A stretch of 58,998 bases of DNA from an uncultured Tepidisphaeraceae bacterium (GTDB lineage Bacteria; Planctomycetota; Phycisphaerae; Tepidisphaerales; Tepidisphaeraceae): the NCBI GenBank assembly GCA_964446155.1, contig CAYUNS010000001.1:1-58998 (forward strand), in the 5' to 3' direction. The first letter of the stretch is position 1, and every line of letters begins with the position of its first letter. A program made the translations under genes and the position numbers. The notes below the pieces were generated by a model. It did not search any database and was not told the DNA's origin. It saw nothing but the letters and a program-made list of their open reading frames with translations. Shown here piece by piece: positions 53,694-58,998 of the stretch.

Positions 53694-54626
53694 TCAATCG
53701 CCCAGCAGGTCGTTGACCGCATCGCCGACATGCGGGAATCGAAAGGTGAATCCCTCGTTCATCAGCCGGGTTGGAACGCATCGTCGCCCGAGCAGGGCAA
53801 GCTCCGGATCGGAACGCATGAGCCATGCCGCCACGCGAACCCCCATGCCCGGCGCCGGCGGCGACCAGGGCCGACCGACGGCGCTTCGCAGAGCTTTCAT
53901 GAACTCGCGGTTCGTCACCGGATTCGGCGCGGTCACGACGTAGACACCTTGCATCGAATCGTCGTTCAGCGCGCGGAGAATGATCGCATTGAGATCGGCG
54001 ACATGAATCCAACTGATGTACTGCTTTCCCGATCCGACCGTCCCCCCGAGAAAAAGCCGCGCCAGCTTCGTCAGCGTGCGCAGCGGGCCGCCGTTTCTCC
54101 CGAGAACGAAGCTGATCCGAAGAAGAACCTTTCGGCATCCGGGCAACGCTTCGTCCGACAGGGCGGCCTCCCATGCCGTGCCCACCTGCGGCGCGAATCC
54201 TTCACCAATGGGGGAGGATTCGTCCAGCACTTCATCGGTCGTGTCGCCATAAATGTGCGCCGTCGCCGACTGCACCCACACGCGCGGGGGATTCGCGCAT
54301 TGGCGCCACGCGCCGGCGAGCGCGCGTACGGAATCGACGCGGGATTCAAGGATGATCCGCTTGTTTTCCGGGGTTTTCCGGCAATCCACGCTTCTGCCGA
54401 CGAGGTTGATGACCGCGGCCGCGCCGTCCAGATGGGTCGCCCATTCACCGACGTCGCGCGCGTCCCAGTGAACATATCGCACCGGTCCATCCTGTCGATC
54501 GGAACCGCGGGTAAGGACGACGATCCGGTCGTATCGGTCCGTCAACTCACCGATCAGTCCCCGCCCCAGAAATCCCGATCCGCCCGCAATCACGACATGG
54601 CCGCGCTGTTTGCCGGTGTGGTTCAT
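53694..54626 (-). CDS. TIGR01777-family NAD-dependent epimerase/dehydratase (YfcH-like, DUF1731 C-terminus)
   Basis: ORF 53694..54644 (GTG), with ATG 54626 preferred. VVIAGGSGFLG, VINLVGRSV, SATAHIYGD, LRISFVLG, QYISWIHVADL. Confidence 0.8.
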   Translation of the reverse strand: MNHTGKQRGHVVIAGGSGFLGRGLIGELTDRYDRIVVLTRGSDRQDGPVRYVHWDARDVGEWATHLDGAAAVINLVGRSVDCRKTPENKRIILESRVDSVRALAGAWRQCANPPRVWVQSATAHIYGDTTDEVLDESSPIGEGFAPQVGTAWEAALSDEALPGCRKVLLRISFVLGRNGGPLRTLTKLARLFLGGTVGSGKQYISWIHVADLNAIILRALNDDSMQGVYVVTAPNPVTNREFMKALRSAVGRPWSPPAPGMGVRVAAWLMRSDPELALLGRRCVPTRLMNEGFTFRFPHVGDAVNDLLGD

Positions 54627-54718
54627 ACGATGCAGCGTAGGCACTTGTCCGGGATGAACAAGAAAAACCCCACGTGTTCTGAAGTTTCAGCGCCTGACAC
54701 AATGATTGAAAGATCCCG

Positions 54719-55606
54719 TTATGACGTTTCGTTGATACGTTTGACCTTCAGATCCCGATGTCCGCCGCCGCATCCCGCATATCCCGTTCCATCGTTGAAA
54801 ATCTCCGCAAGCTCGTGGCTTTCAACCCTGCGGCATTTGACCGAGTTGTAATGGAACTGGAGCGCGCGGCGACGCAGGGAGGAGCGGTTGGGCGGCGTGC
54901 CGTGATGCGCCAGCCCGCTGAAGAACATCACCCCGCCCGGGCGCAGCGGGACGGCGACGACATGCCCGGCATCGACGTCTTCATCCGACAACTGGCAATC
55001 ACGATCGTGATGGTGCGGTTTAGGTCCGAGCGCGTGGCTGCCGGGGATGACGTGCATGCAGCCGTTTTCAACCGTCGCATCATCCAGCGCCGTCCATGTT
55101 CCCAGGATCAGCTCGAGCGGCGCCATGCTGAAATAGGCCGTGTCCTGGTGCCAGGGCTTTTCCCGTCCCACATGCGCGGGCTTGAGCAGCGCCATGTCCT
55201 GGAGCAATCGGACCTCCGTTCCCACCAGCTCGCGCACGATCCTCAACAGCGTCGTGTTTTCCGCCGCCGCCTTCAGCCGGGCATCATGCTCGACAAAATA
55301 CATCACCTTGCGCACATATCGTTCCCGTTCCTCGACCGGCATGGTTTCGATCGACAATCCCTTCGCGGGGTCTTCGAAGGTGACGATGCGGGGATCTCCC
55401 TTCGCGATCAGATCCCGCAGGGCCTGCCTGCACGATTCGACTTCATCGATGGAGAAGACATTTTCGATCGCGAGGAACCCATCGCGTTGATATTGCCGGA
55501 GATGGGCCTCGCTCAACTCCTCCGGCGAGGAGATCGCGCGATGAATGGCGTGCGGCTTGTAGAGTTTTTCCGCGATGATCGACGGGCCTTGAGCCGTGAA
55601 ACTCAT
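54719..55606 (-). CDS. phytanoyl-CoA dioxygenase (PhyH) family Fe(II)/2-oxoglutarate oxygenase
   Basis: ORF 54719..55690, ATG 55606. LRQYQRDGFLAIENVFS, PWHQDTAYF (HxD), MHVIPGSH, GGVMFFSGLAHHGTPPNRS. Confidence 0.8.
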   Translation of the reverse strand: MSFTAQGPSIIAEKLYKPHAIHRAISSPEELSEAHLRQYQRDGFLAIENVFSIDEVESCRQALRDLIAKGDPRIVTFEDPAKGLSIETMPVEERERYVRKVMYFVEHDARLKAAAENTTLLRIVRELVGTEVRLLQDMALLKPAHVGREKPWHQDTAYFSMAPLELILGTWTALDDATVENGCMHVIPGSHALGPKPHHHDRDCQLSDEDVDAGHVVAVPLRPGGVMFFSGLAHHGTPPNRSSLRRRALQFHYNSVKCRRVESHELAEIFNDGTGYAGCGGGHRDLKVKRINETS

Positions 55607-55886
55607 GAAATGTCCTTTCTCGCTGTATCGTGTCTTCCGCCCCCAGAGGACGGGTGAAGTATCCTGCAATAAAACAAGACGGTTGACCATGAATTCATCC
55701 GATTCGATTTTGTGTTATTCCGTCATCCAAAGGTATCTTGGCCTTCTTCGCCGCGCGCCGGGTCCGGGCTTTGCGGGGTTTTCATGAATTTGACGGAGGG
55801 CATACAGACAGGTGGGCGCGTGGCGCGTAACATGGTGTCGTTTTCCGCTGCGGGAACCCACCGAAAAGTTGTGAAGGTATCGGTTT

Positions 55887-58800
55887 ATGAATCTGCAACA
55901 TGCCATTGGTCCGCTCGAAGAAAATCCCGAGGCGCTCAAGGCCCGCCGGCATCGCCTCCGTCGCCAGGCGCATCTGCTGCTCGTCGCCAACGGGCTGCTG
56001 CCCTATCTGCGGGAGGATGCGAACGTCGATGAGGTCTCGAGCAGCGTCCTCGTCGGGTTTCGCGAACAATCCCGTCTGCTGACGGACTATCGTTGTCCCG
56101 CCGATGAGCGCATCGAGCGGTTCCTGGAACGGCATTTCGCCGACCTGGGCCTGCGCCTTCGTCTGCCCGAGCGCACGCTGAGTCTTCCCGAGCATGGATT
56201 GGCGCGCGAGCTGTCGCTGCCCGAGGATGGGGACGAGCACGCCAGCCCGCTGTTGACGTCGTATCGCGTGCGCAACGGCGTGCTGCACAATCCCCGGAGT
56301 GATCGTCGCACGACGCAGGGGACGTTTCACGTCGTCGAAGGCGGCCTGCCCGTTCCCGGCGACAAGGAGGCGGTGCCCAAGCGCGTCTTCGCCGAGCTGT
56401 TCCAGCGCGCGATTCATCCGCCGGATGATCTGCTCACCGTTCCGTTCACCGCGCATCGTGAACGGGTGGCGAGGGGGTTCATCTCGCTGCTGCTGCGGCC
56501 TGTCGTCTGCCCGGAAGTGCCCGGGGTGTGTCCGTCAAAATCGCTCGAGATTCGGTTCTTCGCGCCCGGGTCGCTGGTGAGCAATCTCGATTTCGTCGAG
56601 TCGATCTTCGGCAACGCCGGCGATCCGGCTTTGCCGCGCAATGACGCGGGGCTGGACGTGGAGCACTGGACCGGGCACACCGGCTGCGTCATTCTCGCGC
56701 CGCATCTGGTGGACCTGACGAAGAAGGAACTGGGCCTGCCGAATTTCGCCGATGCCACCGATCGCCAGAAGCGCGATGGAATGTGCTGGAGGAATGCGGA
56801 TGAAAAATACAACAACGGCGATGCTTTCAAGATCACCTGCCGCACGGAAGCCGGGGTGATCGTCACGCTGATCGCGGACAACTACTACGGCTATTGCAAG
56901 AAGGAAGTGAAGACGCAGATCAGCTACGCCGCCAATCTGCTGGGCAATGTCGAGGAGGAACACGCCGGCGGCGCGCTGGCGTTCGCCAGCTACAGTTACG
57001 GCGGGATTTTCCAGACCGACAGCCGCACCGACAACGGCCGCACCTTCGCGGATGTCGTTCGCGATTACGGTGGGCGGATGCATCTGCAACCGCAAGGTTA
57101 CGGCATCGACAAAACCTTCCCCGAGGTTCTCTATGTTCCCGAAACCACCTGTGCCAGCGTCGCCCGACAGCGGGTGTGGTGGGGGCGCGACGACAACGAC
57201 ACTGAAAAGATGATCCCGCTCCGACCGGGCAAGGTCTACATGACCCCGTCGGGGTTTAATTTCCGCATGGAAAAGCACCCCGGCGCGCCGAGCTGGCGCA
57301 TCATCGGCACCAACGGCGAGGGCACGTTCTGCCACAAGCCCTGTACGGTGAGCGGCGGTGGAAAGAGCGAGATCAGCAAGTCCTTGCGCGACTACATGAT
57401 CTATGGGCCGATCTTCGCCGCCGATGTCGAGAAGGACCTCGAGCTGGTCGATCAGATCTTCCGGAAGGATTATTCCGATCGGTGGCGCCCCGACGCCGCC
57501 GAAAAACCCGACTACACCAACCGCCGAAGCCGCACCATTCTCAGCTCCCGGCGATCGGTCGGCAGCGTCATCAAGCTCCTGACGCCCTCGCCTGAATTCA
57601 CCGACGCCTACAACCAATGGCTCGCGTCGATCCCGAGCTACATCTATCCGATGGTCTTCATCATCAAGCGGTTTTATCGCCCGGAATGGGAAGGCGACTG
57701 GCGGCGGCATTTCAGCGTCGATATCGTCAACGGCTTTCCCGGACACGAGCTGAAGTTCGATGACCGCACGCTGGTGGGGAGCTATCTGCGCGTCGGTCTG
57801 CTGCAATCCAACGCCTGGCGGACATACAAGGTGAGGCAGGACTTCGCGGCGGCGGTGAAAATCCAGACCGAGGACGACATCTCCGCATCGGTGGTCGTTC
57901 CCGTTGCCCGGTTGTCGCATCTGAACAATCACGAGCACGCGATGGGCGTGAAGTTCGCGGTGAACTGCGAATACCGGCTTTTCCAGCGCCCCGACGACGC
58001 CATTCACCGCGGATTGGACAAGCAAACCGAGGCCGACCTGTCGCGCGGCGACAGCTTCATCTCCAATTTCCAGCCTCTCACGCCCGCGCAGGTGCGGGAG
58101 ATGGTGGAGAATGTCACGACGTTCGATGAGTTCACCCCGCCGATGCGGCAGATGCTGCGCGAAGGCGCGAAGCAGCGGGACGGGTATGTCGTTTCCTCGT
58201 CCGATCCGCGCCTCGTCGACGGCAAGCCGACGAAGAATCCCCGCTATCTTCAGAATCGTCCCGATCTGATGGACCCGGTCGCGAAATATGTCGGGGAAAT
58301 GGGGATGCGGTTCGCCCGCGCCGTGCCGGACGACCGGCCGGTCTACACGCCCGTCGATGCGGTTCTGGTCGGTCGGCGAAATAATCCCCCCGAGCCGGAA
58401 TCGAACATCCGCGCCCTGGCGGTCTACAATCCCATCCATTACCAGGAACTGCCCGAGCTCTTCATGGATTTCGTCTCATCCCTCACCGGCAAGAGTCCCT
58501 CGACCACCGGCGCGGGAAGCGAAGGCGCGCTGACCAAAGGTCCGTTCAACGCGCTGCGGCCGATCATCGATCTGAACAACGCGCTGGTCAGCTACATCCT
58601 CACCGGCCTGGCGGGTTTTTCCTCGTCGGCCGGTTATGTCGGCCCGCGAGTGCGCGTCGATCACGACATCAGCCTCCTCATCCCCGAAATCTGGTGCCGC
58701 CTCAGCCCCCGGGAACGCGATCCTGCCTTCCTGATCCGCGAAGGGCATCTCGAAGCCCTCAGGGATTTTCAGCACAACGGCGAAACCATTCTTGCCAGCC

Positions 58801-58998
58801 GCCTGGGATACCGCATCACCGATCGGTTCGTCCGCGCCTTCGCCGGGCGAATCTTCGACAACCCGCTCAAGGTTTTCGATGACGCCATGCTCAAGCCCGA
58901 GACGCAGGATCTCGAGGCGTTCGTCGATGGTGTGAAGAACATCACCGAAGCCCAGCAGCGCGTCGCGGCCAGCTACATCGAGGATCATTCCATCGACG
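55887..58998 (+). CDS. large (>1037 aa, 3'-truncated by the window end) PEPCK-superfamily protein; best guess PPi-dependent phosphoenolpyruvate carboxykinase
   Basis: It is absent from the supplied track because it has no stop in the window. TGA at 55872-55874, ATG at 55887, then an open frame to 58998. No other plus-strand ORF listed here shares this frame. The three long minus-strand ORFs here are Arg/Gly/Asp-rich shadows. My hand translation contains [35 protein letters not shown] (56868-56972); compare the PEPCK block YGG..KK...H, with the same 20-residue Lys-to-His spacing as GTP-PEPCK. It also contains a P-loop-like TVSGGGKSE (57345-57371) with an Asp 20 residues after the Lys (FAADVE). 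Existence of the CDS is about 0.9; the function is much less certain. Confidence 0.55.
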   Translation, partial: MNLQHAIGPLEENPEALKARRHRLRRQAHLLLVANGLLPYLREDANVDEVSSSVLVGFREQSRLLTDYRCPADERIERFLERHFADLGLRLRLPERTLSLPEHGLARELSLPEDGDEHASPLLTSYRVRNGVLHNPRSDRRTTQGTFHVVEGGLPVPGDKEAVPKRVFAELFQRAIHPPDDLLTVPFTAHRERVARGFISLLLRPVVCPEVPGVCPSKSLEIRFFAPGSLVSNLDFVESIFGNAGDPALPRNDAGLDVEHWTGHTGCVILAPHLVDLTKKELGLPNFADATDRQKRDGMCWRNADEKYNNGDAFKITCRTEAGVIVTLIADNYYGYCKKEVKTQISYAANLLGNVEEEHAGGALAFASYSYGGIFQTDSRTDNGRTFADVVRDYGGRMHLQPQGYGIDKTFPEVLYVPETTCASVARQRVWWGRDDNDTEKMIPLRPGKVYMTPSGFNFRMEKHPGAPSWRIIGTNGEGTFCHKPCTVSGGGKSEISKSLRDYMIYGPIFAADVEKDLELVDQIFRKDYSDRWRPDAAEKPDYTNRRSRTILSSRRSVGSVIKLLTPSPEFTDAYNQWLASIPSYIYPMVFIIKRFYRPEWEGDWRRHFSVDIVNGFPGHELKFDDRTLVGSYLRVGLLQSNAWRTYKVRQDFAAAVKIQTEDDISASVVVPVARLSHLNNHEHAMGVKFAVNCEYRLFQRPDDAIHRGLDKQTEADLSRGDSFISNFQPLTPAQVREMVENVTTFDEFTPPMRQMLREGAKQRDGYVVSSSDPRLVDGKPTKNPRYLQNRPDLMDPVAKYVGEMGMRFARAVPDDRPVYTPVDAVLVGRRNNPPEPESNIRALAVYNPIHYQELPELFMDFVSSLTGKSPSTTGAGSEGALTKGPFNALRPIIDLNNALVSYILTGLAGFSSSAGYVGPRVRVDHDISLLIPEIWCRLSPRERDPAFLIREGHLEALRDFQHNGETILASRLGYRITDRFVRAFAGRIFDNPLKVFDDAMLKPETQDLEAFVDGVKNITEAQQRVAASYIEDHSID

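Noticed and set aside
50014-54851. ORFs 50014..50838(-), 50938..52530(-), 52508..53731(-) and 53583..54851(+)
   Set aside because: Antisense shadows of the hydrolase, S41 peptidase, tsaD and epimerase genes.
54758-55657. 299-aa plus-strand ORF
   Set aside because: Antisense shadow of the PhyH dioxygenase gene.
55782-58988. Minus-strand ORFs 55782..56456 (224 aa), 56535..58439 (634 aa) and 58476..58988 (170 aa)
   Set aside because: They are Arg/Gly/Asp/Val-rich with no motifs. They lie antisense to a continuous plus-strand open frame (55887 to the window end) that has protein-like composition and PEPCK-type motifs.
1-58998. Search for tRNA, rRNA, tmRNA, CRISPR, integrase/att sites, toxin-antitoxin pairs and known defence-system genes
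   Set aside because: I found no T-loop/acceptor-type sequences in intergenic regions, no spaced direct repeats, no integrase or recombinase, and no recognisable defence genes apart from the orphan HNH. This was visual inspection only, so tRNAscan-SE, Rfam and DefenseFinder runs would be needed to be definitive.

Overview
This is a GC-rich bacterial chromosomal segment. Its gene content points to the PVC superphylum (Planctomycetota/Verrucomicrobiota-like): two DUF1559 prepilin-like proteins, two PEP-CTERM-anchored proteins, autotransporter-type beta-strand repeats and many signal-peptide proteins of unknown function. All family calls come from reading motifs in the translations by eye; no searches were run.

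I support 43 protein-coding genes, an IS5-type transposase remnant at the left edge, 2 hairpin terminators, 2 structured repeats and 1 candidate operator. I saw no rRNA, tRNA, tmRNA, RNase P RNA, CRISPR array or intact mobile element.

Layout:
- (i) 2-330: transposase remnant.
- (ii) 0.3-20 kb: accessory glycan-utilisation island. It holds two mirror-image cassettes (PEP-CTERM protein, then DUF1559, then secreted lectin-fold protein(s), then GH16 in one cassette), two GH16 paralogues, an FAD oxidoreductase, XylR/AraC regulators and a secreted 14-aa acidic-repeat protein.
- (iii) 20-28 kb: GntR/PBP regulator, an ADP-heptose-type nucleotide-sugar locus with an unusual kinase-HAD fusion, and a GH38 alpha-mannosidase.
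- (iv) 28-35 kb: TetR-linked RND efflux system.
- (v) 35-55.7 kb: envelope, redox and housekeeping genes (HtrA, DUF1294, HNH, DsbD-N-like, redoxin, membrane-tethered GmhB-like phosphatase, mutS, HEAT and TPR proteins, PocR-GAF-PP2C phosphatase, hydrolase, S41 peptidase, tsaD, epimerase, PhyH dioxygenase).
- (vi) 55887 to the window end: an ORF of more than 1037 codons that is missing from the supplied track because it has no stop in the window. It carries PEPCK-type active-site motifs, possibly PPi-dependent PEPCK.

Most other long ORFs in the track are antisense or alternative-frame shadows typical of high-GC DNA.

Best candidate for an undescribed system: the duplicated PEP-CTERM/DUF1559/lectin/GH16 cassettes. 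Runners-up are the kinase-HAD heptose locus with its separate membrane-anchored GmhB, and the phased CACGAA inverted-repeat element at 36135-36217.
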